Part shown: in pieces, positions 27,613 through 36,303 of the stretch
Position numbering within the stretch: position 1 is the first letter of the stretch
How the letters are laid out: every line of letters begins with the position of its first letter
Assembly (NCBI GenBank): GCA_047602405.1
Contig: JASGHJ010000002.1
Coordinates: forward strand, 2,080,001-2,144,000
Direction of reading: 5' to 3'
DNA from: Anaeromyxobacteraceae bacterium
GTDB taxonomy: Bacteria > Myxococcota > Myxococcia > Myxococcales > Anaeromyxobacteraceae
DNA length: 64,000 nt
The notes under the pieces: model-generated
What the model was told of the DNA's origin: nothing
The model's database searches: none
The model's input: only the letters and a program-made list of their open reading frames with translations
Translations under genes and position numbers: made by a program

Positions 27613-27966
27613 TTACTGCGCGTGACACATGCTGCAGTCGTCGAAGGCGAACGCCTTCTTGCCCTTGCCGTGGCACTGGCCGCACGCCTCGCCCTGCTTC
27701 TCCATGCGATCGTGGGTGATGGCCGGGCCGCGCTTCTCGGCCGAGCGGCCCAGGATGCTGAAGCCGCTCGGCTGGGTGTGGCAGGTGACGCAGTTCGGCT
27801 TCTTGTCGTCGACGTGCGTGGCGTGGTCGAACTTCACCACGCCGGGGCTGTCGGGCGACTGCGGCATCACGACGGGCTGCGGCAGCTTCGCGAGGCCGCC
27901 CGCGAGGGCGCGGCCACCGAGGAGGAGCGCCCCCAGGGACACTGCGATGAGTGCGAGCTTCTTCAT
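27613..27966 (-). CDS. periplasmic triheme c7-type cytochrome
   Basis: Signal peptide; VKFDHATH, CVTCH, ITH..M, CGQCH, AF, CSMCH. Confidence 0.88.
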   Translation of the reverse strand: MKKLALIAVSLGALLLGGRALAGGLAKLPQPVVMPQSPDSPGVVKFDHATHVDDKKPNCVTCHTQPSGFSILGRSAEKRGPAITHDRMEKQGEACGQCHGKGKKAFAFDDCSMCHAQ

Positions 27967-27979
27967 GGCGTCGCTCCGA

Positions 27980-28720
27980 TCAGGTGAGGAAGTGCTGGCG
28001 GGCGAGCTGATCCCAGTCGTCGCCGGCGAGGGTCTGGGCGATGCCGTGGATCGGCGAGCCGCCGTCCTGCATCACGTGGACGAGCTGCGGGTCCATGCGG
28101 AGCGCGATGGCCTCGCCCGCGTCCTCCAGGAAGCGGCGGGCGGGGTTCTCGGCCAGGAGCTGCCGGAAGTTCGCGGCGAGGCGGGGCGCCTTCACCTTGA
28201 ACAGCCAGCCGGCGCCGTACGGGTCCTGCAGGGAGTCGGGCTTCTCGCGGGCGGCGGCGTTGACCGCGACCACGGTGCCGTCGACCGGCGACAGCATGGG
28301 GACCATGCGGGCGTCGTGGCCGATCTCGAGGGCCGGCTCGCCCTGGGCGACCTTCTCGCCCAGCGCGGGGAGGTCCACGCTGCCGGGCCCGACGAGCTTC
28401 GCGGCGAAGTCGTCGATGCCCACCGACACGAGGCCGTCGGCCTCGAGCCGCGCCCAGGTGTGGCCCGGGTGCAGGTGCACGCCGGCCGGGACCTGGAACC
28501 AGCCCTGCGCCGGGCGGAGCGCGGTGGCGCCGGCCGCCCGCGCCGCGGGGGCGCGGAGGACCTGCGTCGCCGGCTTCTTCACGTCCACCTGGATCGCCGC
28601 CTCCACCTTCTTGCCGCCCTGGACGTAGCGCCAGAACGGGATGAACAGGAGCAGGTAGCTGACCGCGAGGATGTACTCGGCCGCCTTGGCGCCGTAGATG
28701 CTCAGGAAGTCGTGGCTCAT
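27980..28720 (-). CDS. membrane-anchored glycine-cleavage-H-fold protein lacking the lipoyl lysine (copy A)
   Basis: N-terminal TM (K..EY...FW); HPGHTWA...VGIDDFAAKLVG...LSPVDGTVVAVN...DPYGAGWLFKV; C-terminal QDGG extension. Confidence 0.82.
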   Translation of the reverse strand: MSHDFLSIYGAKAAEYILAVSYLLLFIPFWRYVQGGKKVEAAIQVDVKKPATQVLRAPAARAAGATALRPAQGWFQVPAGVHLHPGHTWARLEADGLVSVGIDDFAAKLVGPGSVDLPALGEKVAQGEPALEIGHDARMVPMLSPVDGTVVAVNAAAREKPDSLQDPYGAGWLFKVKAPRLAANFRQLLAENPARRFLEDAGEAIALRMDPQLVHVMQDGGSPIHGIAQTLAGDDWDQLARQHFLT

Positions 28721-28730
28721 GGCGTCCTCC

Positions 28731-29951
28731 TCAGTGCGCCGCGGGGAACCGCGGGTCTTCCTTCAGGATGGGCATGCGGTTGACGATCCAGCGGAAGAGC
28801 AGGACGCCGATGAGGCACAGCGTCACCGACACCCAGATCTCCATCCAGCTCGGGACGTACCGGACCTCGTTCTGCCAGTTGAACGCGAAGACCGAGACGT
28901 TGAGGCGGTTGAAGGCGATGCCGCACACGCCGAGCACGCCCGCGATGCGGACGAGCACGATGTTCTCGTTCCGCGCGCCGATGGCGTACAGCATCGACGG
29001 CAGGAGCACGAACCCGAGGATCTCGGTGAGGAACAGCGTGCCGTAGCCGGTGGTGAGGTAGCCCCACGCGTGCCCGTCGATCACGCCCTGCAGCTTCAGG
29101 AAGAAGTAGGCGAAGAAGACGAGCGCGCCGGCCTTGGCGAGCCCGAACTGCAGCTTGTCGAGGTCGACGTGGTGGTCGACCTGGCTCTGGAAGGCGCGGT
29201 GCGAGAGCCAGCCCTCCACGACGACCATCGAGATGCCGGCCATGATCGCGGAGATGAAGAAGAAGATGAAGATGAAGGGCGTGTACCAGAGCGGGTGGAG
29301 CTTCGTCGGGGCGAGCAGGAAGAGCGACCCGAGCGCCGACTGGTGCATGGTCGAGAACATGACCGAGAGCACCGTGAGGGCGATGAGCGCCTTCTTCATC
29401 ATGGCCTGCCACTTCTTCAGGCCGAGCCACTCGGAGGCGGGGAGCGTGAACTCGAGGAAGAGCACCGTCGAGTAGCACATCACGCACCAGGCGACCTCGA
29501 AGAGGGCCGAGGCGGTGCCGTAGTTGAAGATGGCCATGACGATGTTCCACGGCCGGCCGAGGTCGGCGAGCAGGCCGACGATGGCCATCACGTAGCCGAG
29601 GAACGCGGTCAGGATCGCGGGCCGCTCGATCGGGTGGTACTGCTTCAGCCCGAAGAGCTGGACGGTCGCGCCGATCGTGAACCCGCCGGCGGCGAGCACG
29701 ATGCCGGTCATCATGTCGAACCCGATCCAGAGCCCCCACGGGAAGGACTGGTTCAGGTTCGTCGTGGCGGCGAGGCCCACGATGAAGCGGATGGCGAGCA
29801 GCGGGAGGCCGACGGCGAGGATGATCGCCGAGACGATGTTGAACGGGGTGATGAGCGACTTCAGGTACGCCTTGAAGTCCATCCCCAGGAAGATCTTCTC
29901 GCGGACGAACGCCTGGACGGGCGACATGGCGACGGTCTCCGGGCTAGCCAT
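28731..29951 (-). CDS. NrfD/PsrC-family membrane subunit (HybB/HmcC-like)
   Basis: TNL...PWGLWIGFD...LAAGGF...RPAILTAFLGY...DLGRPW...FEVAWCVMCY...STMHQSALGSL...KLHPLW. Confidence 0.9.
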   Translation of the reverse strand: MASPETVAMSPVQAFVREKIFLGMDFKAYLKSLITPFNIVSAIILAVGLPLLAIRFIVGLAATTNLNQSFPWGLWIGFDMMTGIVLAAGGFTIGATVQLFGLKQYHPIERPAILTAFLGYVMAIVGLLADLGRPWNIVMAIFNYGTASALFEVAWCVMCYSTVLFLEFTLPASEWLGLKKWQAMMKKALIALTVLSVMFSTMHQSALGSLFLLAPTKLHPLWYTPFIFIFFFISAIMAGISMVVVEGWLSHRAFQSQVDHHVDLDKLQFGLAKAGALVFFAYFFLKLQGVIDGHAWGYLTTGYGTLFLTEILGFVLLPSMLYAIGARNENIVLVRIAGVLGVCGIAFNRLNVSVFAFNWQNEVRYVPSWMEIWVSVTLCLIGVLLFRWIVNRMPILKEDPRFPAAH

Positions 29952-30822
29952 GGTGGTCTTCCTTCTCGTGCTTGGCGGCCTCGTCGCGGCTCTTCGAGAA
30001 CGCGAAGAGTCCCATGAGGAGCGGCGGCCAGAGGGTCATCACGAACGGCGGGGCGCCGAGCGCGCCGGAGACGAGCTCCGGGATGGGCTTCTTCGGGACG
30101 TCGTCGCGGAAGCCGAGCTTGTCGAGCTCGACGTCGGAGATGTAGAGCCAGCTCGTCCCGCCGGCCTCGGTCTCGCCGTAGACGTGCGGGATGTACTTGC
30201 CCGGGTTGGTGTAGATGCGGGTCTTCGCGAGCTCGAGCAGCTCGTCACGCTTGCCGAACGTGAGCGCGCCGGTCGGGCAGACCTCGGTGCACGCGGGCTT
30301 CAGGCCCTTCGCCTGCCGCTCCGCGCAGAAGGTGCACTTGCGGACCCGCGGCTTCCACGACTCGTACTCGTACTTCGGCACGTCGAACGGGCACGCGATC
30401 ATGCAGTAGCGGCAGCCCATGCACTTGTTCGCGTTGTAGACGACCGGGCCGGTGGGCAGCTTGTCCATCGCGCGGACCGGGCAGGCCGACGCGCAGCCGG
30501 GCGCGATGCAGTGCATGCACTGCTTCTTCGCGAACCGGACGGTGCCGTCCTCCTTCGCCGTCTTGTTGACGACCGTGAACACCTGCTGCGACATCTCACG
30601 GCGCCCGTCCATCACGGCGTCGTCCACCGGCGGGGCCGGCAGCTCGTTCGACTCGGAGCACGCGGCCTCGCAGCCCCGGCAGCCCACGCACAGCGTGGTG
30701 TCGACGAGCACGCCGGGCGTCGTGACGGCGCCCTCGTGCACTGCAGCGTTCGCCGCGGAAGCGCCGGCTGCACCGGCTGCCACCGCGGCGGTCTGGATGA
30801 ATCCTCTGCGTCCGATCTTCAT
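29944..30822 (-). CDS. Tat-exported 4x[4Fe-4S] subunit (HybA/HmcB-like) with C-terminal TM
   Basis: KIGRRGF Tat motif; CVGCRGCEAAC, CMHCIAPGCASACP, CMGCRYCMIACP, CTFC...CTEVCP; IYGxxEAGGT-like motif. Confidence 0.92.
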   Translation of the reverse strand: MKIGRRGFIQTAAVAAGAAGASAANAAVHEGAVTTPGVLVDTTLCVGCRGCEAACSESNELPAPPVDDAVMDGRREMSQQVFTVVNKTAKEDGTVRFAKKQCMHCIAPGCASACPVRAMDKLPTGPVVYNANKCMGCRYCMIACPFDVPKYEYESWKPRVRKCTFCAERQAKGLKPACTEVCPTGALTFGKRDELLELAKTRIYTNPGKYIPHVYGETEAGGTSWLYISDVELDKLGFRDDVPKKPIPELVSGALGAPPFVMTLWPPLLMGLFAFSKSRDEAAKHEKEDHHG

Positions 30823-30838
30823 AAGGCCCCTCCCTCTT

Positions 30839-30919
30839 TCAGCCCTGTCGGGCCGCCACCAGGTTGAGCGTCCCGAGGACCGCCACCCCGACCAGCGCCA
30901 CCACGAAGCCGACCAACAT
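30839..30919 (-). CDS. putative 26-aa single-TM small protein
   Basis: MLVGFVVALVGVAVLGTLNLVAARQG; purine-rich AAAGGGAA upstream; GC-ending codons; lies between the promoter and the hybA-like gene. Confidence 0.45.
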   Translation of the reverse strand: MLVGFVVALVGVAVLGTLNLVAARQG

Positions 30920-30986
30920 GGCTGGTTCCCTTTCACTGCAGAGAGCTGCGTTGGCGTTGCGTGAACCCCTCACGCATGTGGGTAAG

Positions 30987-31003
30987 AGCATCACCCGCGC
31001 CAA
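30987..31003 (-). promoter_or_regulatory. sigma54 promoter of the HybA/HybB/GcvH-like operon
   Basis: Minus strand TTGGCGCGGGTGATGCT, GG-N10-GC, directly downstream of an enhancer-binding protein gene. Confidence 0.75.
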
Positions 31004-31379
31004 CGCGGCCCGCTGCAGCCCGGGGCCTCGAAACGCGCGCATTCACGCACCTTTCCGACCTTCACGGAAGGTGTGCAGTGTCGCGCGCGCATTCGCGCAC
31101 GGGCCCCGCGTGGTGATTCTCGACGGACCAGGAGCACGGACCCGCGACGAAGCGCGCTCACCACGAGTGATCCCACGCGCTTGCGAGCGCCCGGCCGGCG
31201 CGACGCCGCGATCGCTGAGATCCTCCACGCCCGTAACGTGATTCAACGGGCGCAAAGCACGTGTGGTGGCGGGTTCTTGCGCGCAGCCGCGCGCACGCGC
31301 CGGCGCGGCCGCGCGCGAGGGCGCAGCCCGCGGGCGACGCGAGCGGAGCACGAGCGGAGAGGCCGGGACGGCGAGCGGA

Positions 31380-32762
31380 TCAGCCCTGCTTCGCGACCTC
31401 TTCCTCGCCGTCGCGCCTGAGGCCCCACTTCTTCATCTTGTTGTAGAGCGTCACCCGGTCGATGCCGAGGATGCGGGCCGACTGGCTCACGTTGCCGCCG
31501 GTGTGGGCCAGCACCGCCGAGACGTGGCGGCGCTCGACCTCCTCCAGCGAGGCCATCGTGCCCGGCCGCGGCGGCGCCTCGCCGCGCGCGGGCAGGCCGA
31601 GGTCGGAGGTCTGGATCTGCGTGCCGGTCGCGACCACCGCGCCGCGCTCGAGCACGTTCCTGAGCTCGCGGACGTTGCCCGGCCAGTCGTGCGCCATGAT
31701 GGCCGCGAGCGCCTCGGCGGAGAGGCCGTCGAGCTTCTTCTTCATCTCGAGGGCGAGCCGCTCCACGAAGCTCTCCACGAGCAGCGGGATGTCCTCCCGG
31801 CGGTCGCGGAGCGGCGGGATCAGGATGGGGATCACGTTGAGGCGGTAGAAGAGATCCTCGCGGAACCGCCCCTCGGCGACCGCCTTGCGGAGGTCGCGGT
31901 TCGTCGCGGCGATGATCCGCACGTCGACGTCGATCTGCTCGTTGCCGCCCACCCGGTGGAACTTCCGCTCCTCGAGCACCCGGAGGAGGTCGAGCTGGAG
32001 CTTCGGCCCGATGTCGCCGACCTCGTCGAGGAAGAGCGTGCCGCCGTCGGCGGCCTCGAACTTGCCCTTGCGGCGGGAGACCGCGCCGGTGAAGGCGCCG
32101 CGCTCGTGGCCGAACAGCTCGGACTCGAGGAGGCTCTCGGTGAGCGCCGCGCAGGAGACCGCCACGAACGGCATCTCGGCCCGGAGGCTCTCGGCGTGGA
32201 TGGCGCGCGCGAGGACCTCCTTGCCGCTGCCGGACTCGCCGAGCACCAGGATGGTGGAGTTCGAGCGGGCCGCCGTGCGGGCGAGCTCGAAGACCGACTG
32301 CATGGCCGGGCTCTTCGAGAGGAGGTCCCGGAACTTGAACTCCTTCTTGAGCGCCTGGCGCAGGACCGTGTTCTCCCGGACCAGCGTCTGCTGGGAGACG
32401 ATCTTCTGCATCATCAGCGACATCTCCTCGGGATCGAACGGCTTCACGAGGTAGTCGTACGCACCGGACTTCATCGCCGTGACGGCGGTGTCCACGGTCG
32501 CGTACGCGGTCATGATGACGACCGCGAGGTCCGCCTGCAGCTTCTTCGCCTCCTCGAGGACCTGCAGCCCGTCCATGCCGGGCATCTTCAGGTCCACGAT
32601 GAGGATCGTGCGCCGCTTCTCCTTCAGCTTCCGCAGCGCCGACGGTCCGTCCGGCGCCGTGTCGACCTGGTAGCCGTCCTTCTCCAGCCAGCCGCCCAGC
32701 GACTCGCGGACAATCTCCTCGTCGTCCACCACCAGGATGCTCGTGCCCTCGGTGACCGTCAT
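31380..32762 (-). CDS. NtrC/AtoC-family sigma54-dependent response regulator
   Basis: REC domain, GESGSGKE, ELFGHERGAFTGA, FREDLFYRLNV, WPGNVREL, Fis-type HTH. Confidence 0.96.
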   Translation of the reverse strand: MTVTEGTSILVVDDEEIVRESLGGWLEKDGYQVDTAPDGPSALRKLKEKRRTILIVDLKMPGMDGLQVLEEAKKLQADLAVVIMTAYATVDTAVTAMKSGAYDYLVKPFDPEEMSLMMQKIVSQQTLVRENTVLRQALKKEFKFRDLLSKSPAMQSVFELARTAARSNSTILVLGESGSGKEVLARAIHAESLRAEMPFVAVSCAALTESLLESELFGHERGAFTGAVSRRKGKFEAADGGTLFLDEVGDIGPKLQLDLLRVLEERKFHRVGGNEQIDVDVRIIAATNRDLRKAVAEGRFREDLFYRLNVIPILIPPLRDRREDIPLLVESFVERLALEMKKKLDGLSAEALAAIMAHDWPGNVRELRNVLERGAVVATGTQIQTSDLGLPARGEAPPRPGTMASLEEVERRHVSAVLAHTGGNVSQSARILGIDRVTLYNKMKKWGLRRDGEEEVAKQG

Positions 32763-33304
32763 GCCCCGTCTCCTTCGGTCGGTGGCGCCTCGAGCACCGC
32801 CCGGCATTCCTCACAAAGCGCGCCCGTCTTGTCGTCGACCTCGCGCACCGCGGGCGACCGCCCCATCACGCAGCCCTCCACGTGGCAGTGCACGAGCCCG
32901 AAGGCGTGCCCCACCTCGTGGATGGCCTCCTTCGCGGCCCTGGCGAGGTACAGCGGCCGCCCCCGCTCCGCGACCCCGTCGACGAGCCGCGCGAGCGACA
33001 CCACCGCCGCGCGCCCGCCGAGCTGGGCCTCACCGAACACGTACGTCAGGATCGGGATGAACAGGTCCCGGTCGGTGACGCCCAGGACCTTCCCGTTCTC
33101 GGGCCCTTCCTCGATCAGCCACCTGAGGATGGGCGCGGTCTGCCACTGCTTCCGCTTCGCGTCGTAGGCGTGGAACGGCCGCTCCGGGCTCTCCCAGAGG
33201 AAGACGGGGCGCCCGAAGGTGTGGGCGAGCTCGCGGCGGACGTGCTCCATCAGCTCACGGTCCTCCTCGCCTTCCCCGATCCACCATGCGAACACGGAGT
33301 CCAT
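32759..33304 (-). CDS. archaemetzincin (M54) zinc metalloprotease
   Basis: HEVGHAFGLVHC...CVM...LCEEC; DLFIPILTYVFGEAQL; no signal peptide. Confidence 0.9.
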   Translation of the reverse strand: MDSVFAWWIGEGEEDRELMEHVRRELAHTFGRPVFLWESPERPFHAYDAKRKQWQTAPILRWLIEEGPENGKVLGVTDRDLFIPILTYVFGEAQLGGRAAVVSLARLVDGVAERGRPLYLARAAKEAIHEVGHAFGLVHCHVEGCVMGRSPAVREVDDKTGALCEECRAVLEAPPTEGDGA

Positions 33305-33307
33305 TCA

Positions 33308-35086
33308 TCACTGTGCCCCCGGGACAGGGGCCCCCGTGCTGGCCGGCGCCCCCGTGGACGCGCGGGGCGCCGTCCCCGCGAGCGGCGGCAGTCGGATTGC
33401 GACGCGGGTCCCCTTCCCCACCTCGCTGCGCAGCTCGATCTTGCCGGCGTGGCGCTCGACGATGCCGTAGACCACCGAGAGGCCGAGCCCCGTGCCGCGC
33501 TCCTTCGTGGTGAAGAACGGGTCGAAGATCTTCGAGAGGTGGTCCGGGGCGATGCCCGGCCCGGTGTCGGCGAACGCGAGCTCGACCCACCGGCCGTTCT
33601 CGACCATCGCCGACTCGATCGCGAGCCGCCCGCCGCGCGACATCGCCTCGCAGGCGTTCATGATCACGTTCACGCAGGCCTGGCGCAGCTGCCCGAAGTC
33701 GCCCTGCACGCTCGGGATGGGGCCGAGGCGCTTGTCGATGGTGACGCCCTGGATGGCGATCTGGTTCGCCAGCAGCTGGAGGGCCTCGTCGACCACCGCG
33801 TTCGGGTCCACCTCCACCACGGTCAGCGGGCGCTCGCGCGCGAAGTCCAGCAGGTTGCGCACGATGGCGCTGCAGCGCTCGGTCTCGCGCTGCACGAGGA
33901 GCAGGTTCTTCACCATGGCCTTGCGGCCCGCCTCGTCCGGCACGCCCTGGTCGAGGTTGCGGACGATGAGCTTCGCGAAGGTCAGGATGCCGGCGAGCGG
34001 GTTGTTGATCTCGTGGGCGATGGAGGCCGAGAGCTTCCCGAGCGAGGAGAGCTTCTCGTTGCGGACGAGCTGCTCCTGGGCGGCCTCGAGCGCGGCGGTG
34101 CGCTCCTTCACCTGCCGCTCGAGCGAGTGCATCAGCCCGTCGACCTCGGCGCGCGCGCCGCGGAGCCTGCGGGTCATGTCGTTGAACGAGGCCGCGAGCA
34201 GGCCGAGCTCGCCGGACCAGGTGACCGGGATCTCGAGCTCGAGCTGGTCGCGCGAGACGCGGCGGGTGGCCTGCAGGAGCGCGGCGACCGGCTGGATGAC
34301 CTGGTGGCGGGCGAAGAACCAGACGAACAGCGAGAGCGAGAGCGCCACCATCGCGGCGATGGCGAGCGAGACCCAGCGGAAGTCGCGGGTCTCGGCGTCG
34401 AGGCGGGAGAGCGAGACCGAGACGTCGAGCACGCCGAGGACCTTCCGGTCCGGGCCGTGGGCGTGGCAGGCGGCGGTGGAGCAGGACGCGTCGTTGTGGA
34501 ACGCCGTGATGACGCCGAGCATCCGGCGCCCGTCCTGGCGGAACACCCGGCTGCGCTCCTCGAGCCCCACCGCGTGGATGGGCCCCGAGTCGAGGTGGCA
34601 GGCCACGCAGGACTCGGCCTTGCGGTCGACCTGATGCCCCGCCTCGCCCTGGGCCGTCGAGTAGGTGACGACGCCGTTCTCGTCGAACAGGCGGATCTTC
34701 TCGATCCCGGGCTGGCGGCCCACGTCCTCCATGATCGCGTAGGCGTCGGCGCGGCGGTCCTGCAGCATCGACCGGTGGAGCGCGTTGCGGATCGTGGCGC
34801 CGAGGAGGTCGGACTCCGCGACCACCTGCGAGAGGAGGTGGCGCTGCACCCCGATCTCGGCGAGGAAGAAGGCGCCGACGGTCACGATCGCGATGACGCC
34901 GACCATCCCGAGCAGGCGCACCGAGAGCCGCTGGATCCAGGGGATCTCGAACCCGACGTCCTGCAGCGAGTGTGGCGCGATGGCGCGCGCGAGCCGCGCG
35001 AGCGCGCGGTCCTCCGCCGGGGTGTGTGACCCGGGAAGGCTCGCGCCGTCCGGTACTCGCTGGTCCTTCGGAGCTGCCGTGGACAT
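33308..35086 (-). CDS. sensor histidine kinase with periplasmic heme-c-motif domain, HAMP, HisKA and HATPase
   Basis: Between the two TM helices are CVACH and CSTAACH; EKLSSLGKLSASIAHEINNPL; DPFFTTKERGTGLGL. Confidence 0.9.
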   Translation of the reverse strand: MSTAAPKDQRVPDGASLPGSHTPAEDRALARLARAIAPHSLQDVGFEIPWIQRLSVRLLGMVGVIAIVTVGAFFLAEIGVQRHLLSQVVAESDLLGATIRNALHRSMLQDRRADAYAIMEDVGRQPGIEKIRLFDENGVVTYSTAQGEAGHQVDRKAESCVACHLDSGPIHAVGLEERSRVFRQDGRRMLGVITAFHNDASCSTAACHAHGPDRKVLGVLDVSVSLSRLDAETRDFRWVSLAIAAMVALSLSLFVWFFARHQVIQPVAALLQATRRVSRDQLELEIPVTWSGELGLLAASFNDMTRRLRGARAEVDGLMHSLERQVKERTAALEAAQEQLVRNEKLSSLGKLSASIAHEINNPLAGILTFAKLIVRNLDQGVPDEAGRKAMVKNLLLVQRETERCSAIVRNLLDFARERPLTVVEVDPNAVVDEALQLLANQIAIQGVTIDKRLGPIPSVQGDFGQLRQACVNVIMNACEAMSRGGRLAIESAMVENGRWVELAFADTGPGIAPDHLSKIFDPFFTTKERGTGLGLSVVYGIVERHAGKIELRSEVGKGTRVAIRLPPLAGTAPRASTGAPASTGAPVPGAQ

Positions 35087-35333
35087 CCCGCCCCCTCCGG
35101 GAACGCCTCTCCCCCCAGACACCCTTGCCCTTCCGAGCCCATACGCCCGCGCACACATCGGTCACCTTGCGCGACGTCAACTGAACGTGGAGTTTTTCGA
35201 CGCACCCTCGCGGTCCCTGGTGAGGAACCCGACGCACCGTCCGTCGGAGGTGCGCGCCCGCGCACGCGCGCCCTCCCGCGCGGGGCTGCGCCGCGTGGCG
35301 CAGGTGTCCGCCGTGGGCTACCCTCGACCCTCC

Positions 35334-36246
35334 GTGTCCACCGACGACCGAGCCATCCTCCTCGTGCAGTGCCCCGACCGGTCCGGCATCGTCGCCGCGG
35401 TCTCGAGCTTCCTGTTCCGCCACGGCGCGAACATCCTCGACTTCGATCAGCACACCTCGGTCCCTCGACCCCGCGGCGACGAGGCCGCCGCCACGCCCGG
35501 AATGGCCGGCCAGGAAGGTCCTGTCTTCTTCACGCGCGTGGAGTTCGACACCGCGCGGATCGACCTGCCCCTCGACGACCTCGAGAAGGCCTTCGCCCTC
35601 GACGTCGCCCGCCCCTACGCGATGGACTGGCGGCTCTCCCGCGCCGGCAAGAAGAAGCGCATCGCGGTGCTCTGCTCCCGCCACGACCACGCGGTGCTGG
35701 AGCTCCTGTGGACCTGGCGCCGCGGCGAGCTCAACGGCGACGTCGTGCGGGTCATCTCGAACCACGAGGACCTGCGCGAGGCCACCGCGCCGTTCGGCGT
35801 CCCCTTCGACCACGTGCCGGTCACGCCCGCCACGAAGGAGGCGGCGGAGGCGCGGGTCTCGGCGCTCGTCGACGGCGAGGCCGACCTCCTCGTGCTCGCG
35901 CGCTACATGCAGATCCTCTCGCCCGCCCTGGTGGAGCGCTGGCGCGAGCGGATCATCAACATCCACCACTCCTTCCTCCCCGCCTTCGCCGGCGCGGACC
36001 CCTACCGGCAGGCGCACGAGCGCGGCGTGAAGATCGTCGGCGCGACGGCGCACTACGTGACGGCGGCGCTCGACGCCGGGCCGATCATCGACCAGGACGT
36101 GGCGCGGGTCAGCCACCGGGACTCGGTGGAGGATTCTCAAGCGCCTCGGTCGCGACCTCGAGCGGCGGGTCCTCGTCCGCGCCGTGCGCTGGCACTGCGA
36201 GGACCGCGTGCTCGTGCACGGGAACAAGACGGTCGTGTTCAGCTGA
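35334..36246 (+). CDS. purU: formyltetrahydrofolate deformylase; +1 frameshift near 36134
   Basis: [15 protein letters not shown] domain; [46 protein letters not shown]-terminus GRDLERRVL...GNKTVVFS in the shifted frame. Confidence 0.93.
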
Positions 36247-36249
36247 GCT

Positions 36250-36295
36250 TCATCCTTCGACTTCGGCCCGCTTCGCGGGCCTACGCTCAGGATGA
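36250..36295. repeat. REP-like palindromic intergenic element
   Basis: TCATCCT-TCGACTTC-GGCCCGC-TTC-GCGGGCC-TACGCTC-AGGATGA nested inverted repeat between convergent genes. Confidence 0.65.
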
Positions 36296-36303
36296 GCGAA
36301 CGA

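Noticed and set aside
26862..28720. Annotation as true gcvH (glycine cleavage system)
   Set aside because: The lipoyl lysine is missing, TM anchors are present, and there is no gcvT or gcvP nearby.
28731..30822. Hydrogenase-2 operon
   Set aside because: No small or large NiFe subunit or maturation genes in the operon.
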